Assembly: GCA_047972125.1 (NCBI GenBank) | Contig: JBKEAK010000208.1 | Span: forward strand, 1,543-65,542 | Reading direction: 5' to 3' | Length of the DNA stretch: 64,000 bases | Source of the DNA: Halodesulfovibrio sp. | Lineage (GTDB): Bacteria; Desulfobacterota; Desulfovibrionia; Desulfovibrionales; Desulfovibrionaceae | Part shown: positions 26,064 to 35,002 of the stretch, piece by piece | Position numbering within the stretch: position 1 is the first letter of the stretch | Layout of the letters: the number at the start of each line of letters is the position of its first letter | Translations under genes and position numbers: made by a program | The notes under the pieces: model-generated | Database searches by the model: none | Told to the model about the DNA's origin: nothing | Seen by the model: only the letters and a program-made list of their open reading frames with translations

Positions 26064-27157
26064 TGCAGGTCAAGACATTCACAGGCCCGGACGCAAAAAC
26101 CGTCCTTGCCCGCATCAAGCAGGAGATGGGACTTGAGGCGGTCATCCTCTCCAAGCATGAAGGGGCCGACGACGGCGGCCCATGGTGCGAGATGACTGCC
26201 GGACTGGAGCGTACGGCAACGGCTGTCAAAAAAATGAGTTCCGGTAACGGCAACGGGAACGGGAATGGAAACGGCACCCCTGCAGGATGGAACGAATGGC
26301 ACCGTGAATGGAGTGAAATCCGCGAACACCTGCTCGCGCTCATGAAGCCCGGCATCCAGCTGGACGAACTTGCACCGCGCCAGCGCGTGGCCCTTGAATA
26401 TCTCGAACGCGAAGGCGTGGACAACGCCGTGCTGCTCTCGCTCTTCCGCAAGCTGCACAAGGCCCCCGAACTTTCCGTGCTGGTGCCGCTTTCCGAAATG
26501 CTGCCCGTGCAGCCGTGGGGTGAAGAAGAATGGCCGCAGCACTGCCACGCCGTGACCGGCCCCTTTGGTGCCGGCAAGACCAGCACCCTCATCCGCATGG
26601 CCATAAACCTGCGCAGCCGCCGCCCCGACATGCGCATCTGCATTGTCAACGCCGACTGCGAACGGGGCAACGGACGCCTCTTGCTCAAGCATTACGCAGA
26701 ACTTTCCGACATAGCCTATCTTGAAGCGGGCGATCCCGTCAGTTTTGCCAACATGCTGCGCGAAACCCGCGACTACGACAAGGTGCTCATCGACCTGCCC
26801 GGACTTGGCAGAAACGACACATTTTCAACCATTGCGGACAAGCTGGGGCTCGGCACTGCACGCGACCTTGCCGTGCATCTGGTGCTTGCACCCTCTTACG
26901 CCCCCGCGCAGTTGTCTGCATTCCTGCGTCAATATGTAACCGACTGTCCGGGAAGCATTATCTGGACGAAACTGGACGAAGCCTGTACTTTTGGTGCATT
27001 GGTATCGTTAGCAGCATCGTCCGGATTGCCGGTATCCGCTCTCTCGTTCGGTCCGGGTTTGAAGAATACACTTATCGCCGCTCGCGACGTCACCATATGG
27101 AGACTGCTGTTCAAGCACCAGCTTCCCTGTGATGCCGACCCGCGCAACGGTATGTGA
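26063..27157 (+). CDS. flhF: Flagellar SRP-like GTPase FlhF
   Basis: TAATG overlap with flhA. P-loop GPFGAGKTST, DLPG and TKLDE motifs. Confidence 0.9.
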   Translation: MQVKTFTGPDAKTVLARIKQEMGLEAVILSKHEGADDGGPWCEMTAGLERTATAVKKMSSGNGNGNGNGNGTPAGWNEWHREWSEIREHLLALMKPGIQLDELAPRQRVALEYLEREGVDNAVLLSLFRKLHKAPELSVLVPLSEMLPVQPWGEEEWPQHCHAVTGPFGAGKTSTLIRMAINLRSRRPDMRICIVNADCERGNGRLLLKHYAELSDIAYLEAGDPVSFANMLRETRDYDKVLIDLPGLGRNDTFSTIADKLGLGTARDLAVHLVLAPSYAPAQLSAFLRQYVTDCPGSIIWTKLDEACTFGALVSLAASSGLPVSALSFGPGLKNTLIAARDVTIWRLLFKHQLPCDADPRNGM

Positions 27158-27175
27158 TCTTACGGAGTTCCTCAC

Positions 27176-27991
27176 ATGAAGGGCGATTTTCCTCTGGTTT
27201 TCTCAATCACCTCCGGCAAGGGAGGCGTAGGCAAGACGAACCTTTCCGTCAACCTGGCCTGCAGCCTTGCCCGTTCGGGAAAGAACGTGGTGCTGCTTGA
27301 TGCCGACCTCGGCCTTGCCAACGTGGATGTCCTTCTGGGCATGACCCCGACCAAGAACCTCTTTCACCTGTTCCATGAAGGGGCCAAGCTCGAAGACATT
27401 CTCTTTGACACCCCCTACGGCTTCAAGATTCTGCCCGCCTCGTCCGGCATGAGCGAAATGCTTTCGCTCTCCACCGGCCAGAAGCTGGAATTGCTGGAAG
27501 CCATGGACGCGCTGGAAGACAAGGTGGACTATCTGATTGTTGACACCGGTGCCGGCATCAACGATAACGTATTGTATTTCAACCTCGCGGTGCAGGAGCG
27601 CATTGTAGTGCTCACGCCCGAACCCACCTCGCTGACGGATGCCTATGCCCTCATCAAGGTGATGAAGCTCAATCACGGCGTTGAGCATTTCAAGGTGCTG
27701 GTGAACATGGCACCAGACCCGAAAACGGCAAAGGAAATGTACACGCGCCTGTATGCAGCCTGCGACCACTTCCTCTCCGGCGTGTCGCTCGACCTTCTGG
27801 GCTACATTCCCCGCGATCCGGAAGTGCGCAAGGCAGTGGTGAATCAACGGCCCTTCTGCGCCTCTCCGCAAGGCGGCCCCGCATGCACTGCGGTACAGCA
27901 GGTGGCCAAGACCATTCAAAACTGGGAAGTATCGGCCAACCTTGATGGAAATATCAAGTTCTTCTGGAAAAAGCTCCTCTTCAGGCAATAG
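27176..27991 (+). CDS. flhG: MinD/ParA-type ATPase FlhG (FleN)
   Basis: Deviant Walker A SGKGGVGKTN. The position between flhF and fliA is the expected one. Confidence 0.9.
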   Translation: MKGDFPLVFSITSGKGGVGKTNLSVNLACSLARSGKNVVLLDADLGLANVDVLLGMTPTKNLFHLFHEGAKLEDILFDTPYGFKILPASSGMSEMLSLSTGQKLELLEAMDALEDKVDYLIVDTGAGINDNVLYFNLAVQERIVVLTPEPTSLTDAYALIKVMKLNHGVEHFKVLVNMAPDPKTAKEMYTRLYAACDHFLSGVSLDLLGYIPRDPEVRKAVVNQRPFCASPQGGPACTAVQQVAKTIQNWEVSANLDGNIKFFWKKLLFRQ

Positions 27992-28760
27992 TTCCACTGG
28001 CGGCAATGAGCCGTGGGAACTGCTTGAGTCCGGTGCCGTTGCGTGGGTGGACATGTCTGCCCGCCAGCAGGAGTCCGTTGTCCGGCACTATGCACCCAAG
28101 ATCAAGTTCCTTGCCTTGCGCCTGAAGGCCAAACTGCCCAAGAACGTGGAACTGGGCGAACTCATCAGCGCGGGAACGCTCGGGCTGATGGAATCCCTTG
28201 GCAAGTTCGACCCCAAGATGGGTATCAAGTTCGACACCTACGCGGAAAGCCGTATCCGCGGGGCCATGCTCGGCGAACTGCGAAGGCTGGACTGGTTTCC
28301 CCGCAGCCTGCGCCACAGGGTGCGGCAGCTTGAAGAGGCCATCCACAGAATAGAAAGCGACAAAGGCCGCATTCCCACCGAAGAAGAACTGCAGCAGGCC
28401 ACCGGGCTGGATGAAAAAGATGTCCGCACCGGGCTTGAAGCGCTGCAGAATCAGCTCTGCCTGAGCCTTGACGCCATTCAGGATACATTTTCCTCCGAAG
28501 GCCGAGACTCGCTGGATGGAGAGCCCTTTCAGGCCACGGCACTTCAGGAACTGATTGAAAGGGTTGCGTCACTTATCGATCAATTGACACCTAGGGAAAA
28601 GCTGGTATTGTCACTCTATTATAGTGACGAATTAAATATGCGTGAAACCGCCGAAGTTATGGGCATAACCGAAGGCCGCGTATCTCAGTTGCATACACAG
28701 GCCTTGCAGCGGTTGCGCCGGGAATTCCATACATCGTATGGCAACACCGAAAGCATTTAA
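27942..28760 (+). CDS. fliA: Flagellar sigma factor FliA (sigma-28)
   Basis: Sigma-70 regions 2-4 (ELISAGTLGLMESLGKFD; YYSDELNMRETAEVMGITEGRVSQLHTQAL). The start is uncertain: ATG 27942 overlaps flhG by 50 nt, and ATG 28053 is an alternative. Confidence 0.85.
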   Translation: MMEISSSSGKSSSSGNSSTGGNEPWELLESGAVAWVDMSARQQESVVRHYAPKIKFLALRLKAKLPKNVELGELISAGTLGLMESLGKFDPKMGIKFDTYAESRIRGAMLGELRRLDWFPRSLRHRVRQLEEAIHRIESDKGRIPTEEELQQATGLDEKDVRTGLEALQNQLCLSLDAIQDTFSSEGRDSLDGEPFQATALQELIERVASLIDQLTPREKLVLSLYYSDELNMRETAEVMGITEGRVSQLHTQALQRLRREFHTSYGNTESI

Positions 28761-28780
28761 CGTTTTTTAAGGAGTTCCGC

Positions 28781-29161
28781 ATGGCTTTCGATCCCAATAT
28801 GCGAGTTCTTGTCGTTGACGACTTCTCCACCATGCGCAGAATAGTAAAAAACATCCTGCGCCAGCTCGGCTTCACCAACATTGTGGAAGCTGACGACGGC
28901 ACCACCGCGTGGGAAACGCTCAACAAGGACAAGATCGACTTCATCATTTCCGACTGGAACATGCCGAACATGACCGGCATCGAACTGCTCCGCAAGGTTC
29001 GGGCCAGCGAAGAATTCAGCGATCTGCCCTTCCTCATGGTAACGGCGGAAGCCCAGCAGGAAAACATCATTGAAGCTGTGCAGGCGAAGGTTTCTAACTA
29101 CATCGTTAAGCCCTTCACCGCTGAAACCATGAAGCAGAAAATCGACAAGATTTTCCCCTAG
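28781..29161 (+). CDS. cheY: Chemotaxis response regulator CheY
   Basis: 126-aa single REC domain (VLVVDDFSTMRRI...DFIISDWNMPNMTG...VKPF); AAGGAG RBS. Confidence 0.9.
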   Translation: MAFDPNMRVLVVDDFSTMRRIVKNILRQLGFTNIVEADDGTTAWETLNKDKIDFIISDWNMPNMTGIELLRKVRASEEFSDLPFLMVTAEAQQENIIEAVQAKVSNYIVKPFTAETMKQKIDKIFP

Positions 29162-29280
29162 GCCATATGCCCTCCGCCCCGGCGGAGCGCGTTGTCCTCT
29201 GACCACATCCGCCCATGGCAGAATAAGTTCTTTCAGTAGACGGCCTCGTTTCAGAGAAGGCCCAGCTCGACACGGAAGCG

Positions 29281-29937
29281 ATGAGCGAGCCGGATGGAGT
29301 CGGACACGCCCCTGCCGACGACAAGGTCGAACTCGACCTTGAAGACGCCCCCTTCCTTGAAGATGACGAAGAAGAGGAAGAGGCCCCTCCGCCGCAGGCT
29401 GCTCCTGCGCCAGTCAACCTCGAACTCGCTACCGAAAGCAAGCCAAACGCCCTCAAGGCGTTGCTCGGCAACAAAAAAATAGTTATCTCTCTTGCAGGTG
29501 TGGGCGTTCTGCTGCTCGTTCTTGTGGCGTGGCTTGTGCTCAAGCCTGCCCCCCGGCCGGAATTGCCGCCTGAGCCGCAGGTTGTCACCGTGCAGCCGGA
29601 CCAAGCTCCGGAACCGGAGCCGCAGCAGCCCAACAGTTTTGTGGTTTCATGGGAGCCCTTCTGGGTGGAAATGAAAGATGCTGAAGGTCACATACGCTTT
29701 CTTGTCTGCAAATTCGCCGCCCCGACCGAGAACGAAAAACTCTCATGGGAAGCAGGCACCAAGAAAACCGTGCTCAGAGATGCGATTTTCTACTACCTGC
29801 GCAACAAAGATCTGATCTTTTTGTCCGATAAGACAAATGTAGACGTGCTTAAGGCCGACCTGTTGGCCGTGATCAACCAGTACATGAACAACGGCCAGTT
29901 CGAGGACCTGCTCATAGAAAACTATCTGGTGAAATGA
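29281..29937 (+). CDS. fliL: FliL-like flagellar basal-body-associated protein with an acidic/proline-rich N-terminus
   Basis: Single TM helix (IVISLAGVGVLLLVLVAWLVL) followed by a FliL-type C-terminal domain (FLVCKFAAPTEN...VLRDAIFYYLRNK...LKADLLAVINQYM). Confidence 0.6.
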   Translation: MSEPDGVGHAPADDKVELDLEDAPFLEDDEEEEEAPPPQAAPAPVNLELATESKPNALKALLGNKKIVISLAGVGVLLLVLVAWLVLKPAPRPELPPEPQVVTVQPDQAPEPEPQQPNSFVVSWEPFWVEMKDAEGHIRFLVCKFAAPTENEKLSWEAGTKKTVLRDAIFYYLRNKDLIFLSDKTNVDVLKADLLAVINQYMNNGQFEDLLIENYLVK

Positions 29938-29938
29938 C

Positions 29939-30271
29939 ATGTCGCTGGACGCCAGCCTGCCTGTCCTTCTCGCGCAGATGGCCCATGTGGAAAAAATAGC
30001 CCACAACGAAACGGTCCATCCCGAGGCGCAACAAGCAGCCGCCAAGCAGAATGCCGCGGAAGAGCTCAAGCGTGAGCAAAGTGCGGTGGAAAAGACGCCG
30101 CAGTCCAAGGATGCGCAGGCGGTGGTGGATAAGGACGGCCGACAGGGTGCCGGAGGCAATGCCCGCAAGCGGCGCGCCAAGCCTCCGCCCAAGCCTGATG
30201 AGGAAGAGGAACAGCCGGAACACACGGCAAAAAGCCCGTGGCAGGGCAACATCCTCAACGTCAAAGTCTAA
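29939..30271 (+). CDS. Hypothetical highly charged 110-aa protein in the flagellar locus
   Basis: ATG lies 1 nt after the fliL stop. It is Lys/Glu/Ala-rich and predicted disordered. No family was recognised. Confidence 0.45.
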   Translation: MSLDASLPVLLAQMAHVEKIAHNETVHPEAQQAAAKQNAAEELKREQSAVEKTPQSKDAQAVVDKDGRQGAGGNARKRRAKPPPKPDEEEEQPEHTAKSPWQGNILNVKV

Positions 30272-30449
30272 TGCACACCTGGCCTGCCCGACCTGCCCGA
30301 CATGTAAGCCCTGCCCGGCCTCGCGCTTCGTCCCCGCAGGCCCGTCCCGACTCGACGCAGGAGCGGGATGCAGAAACGCAGCACGGACCACCGGCTGAAA
30401 TTCACCCACAACATTTTATCGCCGCATGCGGCCTCACCTGTGAAACGCC

Positions 30450-30869
30450 ATGCAATTTGCCCACTGGATGCTCCTTGCCCTGAGCCTTACCGAGCTTTTG
30501 CTGCTCATCCTGCTCTTTGTCTTCTTTCTCCGTCTGAAGCGCTCCGAATCCCTGCTCAATGAAATGCAGTCCAAGCAGGAAACCCTGCTCGCCAAGATGC
30601 ATTTCAACGCACAGCTTGAGCATGAGCTGATGGAATCATTCTCCGAGCGGCAGGAACAGCTCAGGCAACTGGACATTCAGCTTGAAGCACGCGCCGCAGG
30701 ATTGGAAAAACTCATCAGACAGGCAGAAAGCATGAGCCGCTCACCGCAGTTCCTGCGCGAGATGATTCTGGATGGCAACCGCAAAGGGCATTCGCCGCAG
30801 CAACTCGCCCGCGCCACCGGCCTTTCCGTGGACGAGGTGGAACTCATTCTCATGAAGGCAGGCCGATAG
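30450..30869 (+). CDS. Membrane-anchored coiled-coil protein with a small C-terminal HTH-like module (DUF2802-like layout)
   Basis: N-terminal TM helix (WMLLALSLTELLLLILLFVFFL), a coiled coil, and the C-terminal segment GHSPQQLARATGLSVDEVELILMK. Confidence 0.4.
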   Translation: MQFAHWMLLALSLTELLLLILLFVFFLRLKRSESLLNEMQSKQETLLAKMHFNAQLEHELMESFSERQEQLRQLDIQLEARAAGLEKLIRQAESMSRSPQFLREMILDGNRKGHSPQQLARATGLSVDEVELILMKAGR

Positions 30870-30959
30870 CACGGGACATATCCGTACCACCCACAGCCTG
30901 AACACCTGTCACCCCTTCTTCAATTTCGTCCGCCGGAGTTCCGCACTCGCCAGCAGACC

Positions 30960-31934
30960 ATGAGACCGCTTAACCGAACATCCCCTCTTTACTGGCAGGA
31001 CGCAGGCCAGAGTTCATCCGCAGGACAGGATTCCGCAGGCAGGGCTGCTGCCTTCCGCCGTTCGCACCACGTGGGGCAGATTCTCCATGGCAAGGTGCTG
31101 CGCTGGGTACGTGGCGGCATGGCATGGGTGCATGTGGGCGGGCAGGAACTGCTGGCCCAGTTGCAGACCAAGCCCGAAGCCGGTGTGCCCCTGCGCTTTC
31201 TGGTGGAACAGCTGGTGCCGGATATCATCCTGAAAGAAGTGGATGGGGACGCAGCCGCAACGGCGTACCCCAACGTTTCTCCGGGCGACCTCATCCGGCA
31301 ATATCTCGAAGCCAGAGATGCCTTTGATGCTGTGCTGCATGACCGCCTATGGCCATCCATCGCTTCTTCCTCCGATACTTCCCCCGACACTTCCGCGACA
31401 GCTCCAGCCGCTCTTGCGGCAGTTGCCACATTCGTATCGGAGGACGCCGAGGCACTCGCCCTGTTCACGCAGGTCCAGCAGCATCGCCTGAACGTCAATC
31501 TGCTGCTCACAGCCACCCGCTCCGGAACTCTGCACTACCTGCCGTGGCTCATGCCCGAAGCCAAAGGCGTGGAACTGCTGCTGCCCTCCGAAAACGCAGG
31601 AACGGCACGCATCACTGCCAGCGCGCAACTCCCTGCGTGCGGCCGCACGCTCATACAATGTCTTGCAGGAACGGAAAGGATGGCCTACAGGCTCTTTCTG
31701 GAACGCGCCCAATCTGAACATTCCGGCCACCCCTCCGGCAGGTTGGAGACGGTGGCAACCCTCGCAGCAACAGTATGCCGCATTCATGACGAACAGCGAC
31801 CGCAGCAGGTTCTGCCGATTGTCTGTCTGGGCTGCGGACCGCTGCCGGCCGGTATTCACGACGTGCTCACAAGCATATTGCGTCCCGCAGGACTCTCAGG
31901 CGGCACGTCCGGCTCACTGAACAGACGGGCTTAA
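30960..31934 (+). CDS. Hypothetical 324-aa protein in the flagellar/chemotaxis locus
   Basis: Codon usage is consistent with coding. The N-terminal segment GQILHGKVLRWVRGGMAWVHVGGQELLAQL is S1/OB-like. No family was recognised. Confidence 0.4.
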   Translation: MRPLNRTSPLYWQDAGQSSSAGQDSAGRAAAFRRSHHVGQILHGKVLRWVRGGMAWVHVGGQELLAQLQTKPEAGVPLRFLVEQLVPDIILKEVDGDAAATAYPNVSPGDLIRQYLEARDAFDAVLHDRLWPSIASSSDTSPDTSATAPAALAAVATFVSEDAEALALFTQVQQHRLNVNLLLTATRSGTLHYLPWLMPEAKGVELLLPSENAGTARITASAQLPACGRTLIQCLAGTERMAYRLFLERAQSEHSGHPSGRLETVATLAATVCRIHDEQRPQQVLPIVCLGCGPLPAGIHDVLTSILRPAGLSGGTSGSLNRRA

Positions 31935-31978
31935 CGCCCGCTACGACACTCCCGTTTTCACGGGTCACTCCGGAATCC

Positions 31979-33019
31979 TTGATCATGACTATTGAAATGC
32001 CAACACGCCGCGATGACAGCGGCCTTCATATTGCCCAGCACAAGCCGTGGCTGGCCCCGCTCGCGGGCTATTCCGACCTTGCCTTCCGCCTGCTCAGCCG
32101 GGAATTCGGGGCAGACGTGGTCTGCTCGGAAATGGTCAGCGCCAAGGGGCTCTACTACAAGAGCTCCGGCACGGAACTGCTGCTTGAAACCACCCCCGAA
32201 GACGCCCCCATGGTGCTGCAGCTCTTCGGCAACGACACGGACATCATGCAACGCGCCATGGAACCGCTGGTGGCCGCAGGCTACACATGGTTCGACCTGA
32301 ATATGGGCTGTTCCGTCCGCAAGGTAGTAAAAACCGGCTGCGGTGCCGCCATGCTCTGCGATGTGCCCAATGCCGTGGAAGTGGCCCGCACCATGGTGCG
32401 CATGGCTGGTGAAGGGCGTGTGGGATTCAAGTTCCGCCTCGGCTGGGAAGCAGGCAGCGAAGTATATCTCGACCTTGCCAAGCGCCTGCAGGATGTGGGC
32501 GCGGGCTGGCTGAGCCTGCACCCCCGTTATGCAAAACAGGGCTTTTCCGGCGAGGCCAGATGGAGCGCCCTGCGCGAGCTGGTTGAGGCAGTCGAAATTC
32601 CCGTGGTGGCAAGCGGCGACCTGTTCCACGCGGAAGACGCCGTGCGCTGCGTACAGGAAACCGGCGTAACCGCCGTCATGTTCGCACGTGGTGCCCTGAA
32701 CAATCCGGCCATTTTCGAAGAATTTACCACCCTCATGCAGGGCGGCAGCTTTGTACGCCCCGATCCGGTCAAGACCATGCGCATACTGCGCAGGCATGTG
32801 GAACTGGCCCGCAAGCACTGCCCGGACAAAACCGCCCTCTTCAAAATGCGCTCGCTTGTGCCACGTTATATCAAGCTCTTTCCCGGTGCCCGCCACATGC
32901 GCAACCAGTTGACGGAATGCACCACTTGGGAAACACTGGATTCGCTGCTGGAAACATTTTTCACCCGCTGGAATGAAGAGGGAGCCGAGTTCGAACCGCA
33001 GCGCATAGCCATGCCCTGA
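31979..33019 (+). CDS. tRNA-dihydrouridine synthase (Dus family)
   Basis: LAPLAGYSDLAFRLLSREFGADVVCSEMVSAKGL, LNMGCSVRKV (catalytic Cys) and TIM-barrel FMN motifs. Confidence 0.85.
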   Translation: MIMTIEMPTRRDDSGLHIAQHKPWLAPLAGYSDLAFRLLSREFGADVVCSEMVSAKGLYYKSSGTELLLETTPEDAPMVLQLFGNDTDIMQRAMEPLVAAGYTWFDLNMGCSVRKVVKTGCGAAMLCDVPNAVEVARTMVRMAGEGRVGFKFRLGWEAGSEVYLDLAKRLQDVGAGWLSLHPRYAKQGFSGEARWSALRELVEAVEIPVVASGDLFHAEDAVRCVQETGVTAVMFARGALNNPAIFEEFTTLMQGGSFVRPDPVKTMRILRRHVELARKHCPDKTALFKMRSLVPRYIKLFPGARHMRNQLTECTTWETLDSLLETFFTRWNEEGAEFEPQRIAMP

Positions 33020-33050
33020 CCGCACACGGCCCCACACCGAAAGGAAGATC

Positions 33051-33896
33051 ATGAAAGTTCGCAGAGCTGAAACCGCAGGATTCTGCATGGGCGTGTCCCT
33101 CGCCCTGCAAAAGCTGGATACCGAAGTTGCACGGCATGAGGGAGCCATTGCCACGCTTGGCCCCATCATCCACAACCCGCAGGTGCTGCATCATTACGAA
33201 AATCTGGGCGTGCGCTGCCTGAAGGAACCCGGAGATGCCCGCAAGGACGAACGTGTCATCATCCGCGCCCATGGTATTCCGCACACTGTGGAACATGCCC
33301 TGCACGGCCATGCCCGCGACGTGGTGGATGCCACCTGCCCCAAGGTAAAACGCGCACAGCTGGGCATTGCCCGCAAGCTGCGCGAGGGCTGCACCCTGCT
33401 GCTGTTCGGCGAAAAGGACCACCCCGAGGTGCGCGGCCTGATGAGCTACGCCGGGGAAGATGCCTTTGTGTTCGGCGAATTCGACGAACTGAAAAATTAT
33501 CATTTCGAACCGGCTAAAAAATACTGCGTTGCGGCTCAAACCACCCAAGACCGTAAAGTTTTTACAGAAATAGTCGATTGGTTACGCGAGAGACTGGGTG
33601 AGGACCTGCCAGTTCTGGAAACCATTTGCGATGCCACCCGCGAGCGGCAGGAAGAGGCCATAGCCCTTGCCCGCGAAGTGGATGCCATGGTCGTCGTAGG
33701 CGGCTATGACAGCGGCAATACGCGCCGCCTTGCGGACGTTGCCAGAGCGCAGGGCTGCCTGACCGTACACGTGGAAACCCCTGAGGAACTCGATATTGAG
33801 CTGCTCAAGGGAGCCAGTGTGGTGGGGCTTACTGCCGGGGCGTCCACCCCGAAACAGATAATTGACGCTATGCAAAAAAAGTTGGAAGCGTTATAG
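33051..33896 (+). CDS. ispH: 4-hydroxy-3-methylbut-2-enyl diphosphate reductase IspH (LytB)
   Basis: AETAGFCMGV, DATCPKV, ETICDAT (three cluster Cys) and VVGGYDSGNTRRL. Confidence 0.95.
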   Translation: MKVRRAETAGFCMGVSLALQKLDTEVARHEGAIATLGPIIHNPQVLHHYENLGVRCLKEPGDARKDERVIIRAHGIPHTVEHALHGHARDVVDATCPKVKRAQLGIARKLREGCTLLLFGEKDHPEVRGLMSYAGEDAFVFGEFDELKNYHFEPAKKYCVAAQTTQDRKVFTEIVDWLRERLGEDLPVLETICDATRERQEEAIALAREVDAMVVVGGYDSGNTRRLADVARAQGCLTVHVETPEELDIELLKGASVVGLTAGASTPKQIIDAMQKKLEAL

Positions 33897-33992
33897 TTGA
33901 AGTAAGGCATACTTGCATTCAACACGGAAACTAAAACCGGAGTCACTCCGGACACGATTTTGACACATTGATCCCAGGGTACGGGAGGGAAT

Positions 33993-34940
33993 ATGCAGAC
34001 GAACATTCTGCTGGAATCCGGCACGAATGAACTGGAAATTGTCGAGTTCTTCCTCGATGAGGTGGAGGTCGGCGGAGAAACCTATCGCGGCTACTACGGA
34101 GTGAACGTCGCCAAGGTGCTTGAAATAATCCGCATGCCCTCCGTTACCGAACTGCCCGAAGGGCAACACACAAGCGTGCTTGGCGCATTCAACCTGCGCA
34201 ACCACATCATCCCGCTTGTGGACCTTTCGAAGTGGCTGAACAAGAACCGTGGCGAAGTGGAACCTCCCAAGGTCATCGTCACGGAATTCAACAATGTCTG
34301 CACGGCTTTTCAGGTTTCCGGCGTCAACCGCATCCACCGCATCAGCTGGGAAGAAGTGGAACCGCCGAACAAGTATGTGGCGTCGCTCAGCAACTACTCC
34401 ATTACCGGCGTGGTCAAGATCGACAAGCGCATCATCTTCCTGCTCGACCTTGAAAAAATCGTGGCCGACCTGAACCCCGCCCTTGGGCTGCGCCTTGACG
34501 AAGCCATCGACTGGTCTGCCAACGTGCGCTACCGCGCCATCATCGCGGACGACTCCGGTCTAATCCGCGAAATGCTGCGCGACCTGATGGAAAAGGCCAA
34601 CTTCGACGTGGAAGCCATGACCAACGGCCGCGAGGCGTGGGACCGGCTTGTGGAACTGAAGTCCAAGGCAGAAGCGGAAGGCCGACACATCACCGACTAC
34701 GTGCAGGTCATGGTATCCGACATCGAAATGCCCAGCATGGACGGCCACAACCTCTGCAAGCGCATCAAGGAAGACCCGAGCCTGAAAAAGCTGCCTGTTA
34801 TCCTGTTCTCGTCCCTCATCACCGACAAGCTGCGCCACAAGGGTGACGCCGTGGGTGCGGACGATCAGGTATCCAAGCCCGAGGTAACGCACCTTGCGCA
34901 GCGCGCGCTGGCGCTGATTCCGGCTTCGCAGCAAGACTGA
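33993..34940 (+). CDS. cheV: Chemotaxis coupling protein CheV (CheW-like domain plus REC)
   Basis: N-terminal CheW-like domain (TNELEIVEFFL...YGVNVAKV) and C-terminal REC (IIADDSGLIREMLRD...VSDIEMPSMDG...SKP). Confidence 0.9.
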   Translation: MQTNILLESGTNELEIVEFFLDEVEVGGETYRGYYGVNVAKVLEIIRMPSVTELPEGQHTSVLGAFNLRNHIIPLVDLSKWLNKNRGEVEPPKVIVTEFNNVCTAFQVSGVNRIHRISWEEVEPPNKYVASLSNYSITGVVKIDKRIIFLLDLEKIVADLNPALGLRLDEAIDWSANVRYRAIIADDSGLIREMLRDLMEKANFDVEAMTNGREAWDRLVELKSKAEAEGRHITDYVQVMVSDIEMPSMDGHNLCKRIKEDPSLKKLPVILFSSLITDKLRHKGDAVGADDQVSKPEVTHLAQRALALIPASQQD

Positions 34941-34941
34941 C

Positions 34942-34980
34942 AAAAAAGGGCGGTGCCGAGAGGCACCGCCCTTCATCTTT
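34942..34980. terminator. Bidirectional terminator between cheV and the convergent gene
   Basis: gggcggtgcc (34948-34957) pairs with ggcaccgccc (34962-34971). An A6 run lies upstream and a T-rich tail downstream. Confidence 0.75.
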
Positions 34981-35002
34981 ATATGACTGGCTTCTGCCTG
35001 CC

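Noticed and set aside
27942-28052. A Ser-rich N-terminal extension of FliA (MMEISSSSGKSSSSGNSS...) overlapping flhG by 50 nt, considered as a possible novel regulatory overlap.
   Set aside because: This is most likely just start-codon uncertainty. The conserved-looking part begins around NEPWELLESGAVAW, and an internal ATG at 28053 is also possible. It cannot be decided without an orthologue alignment.
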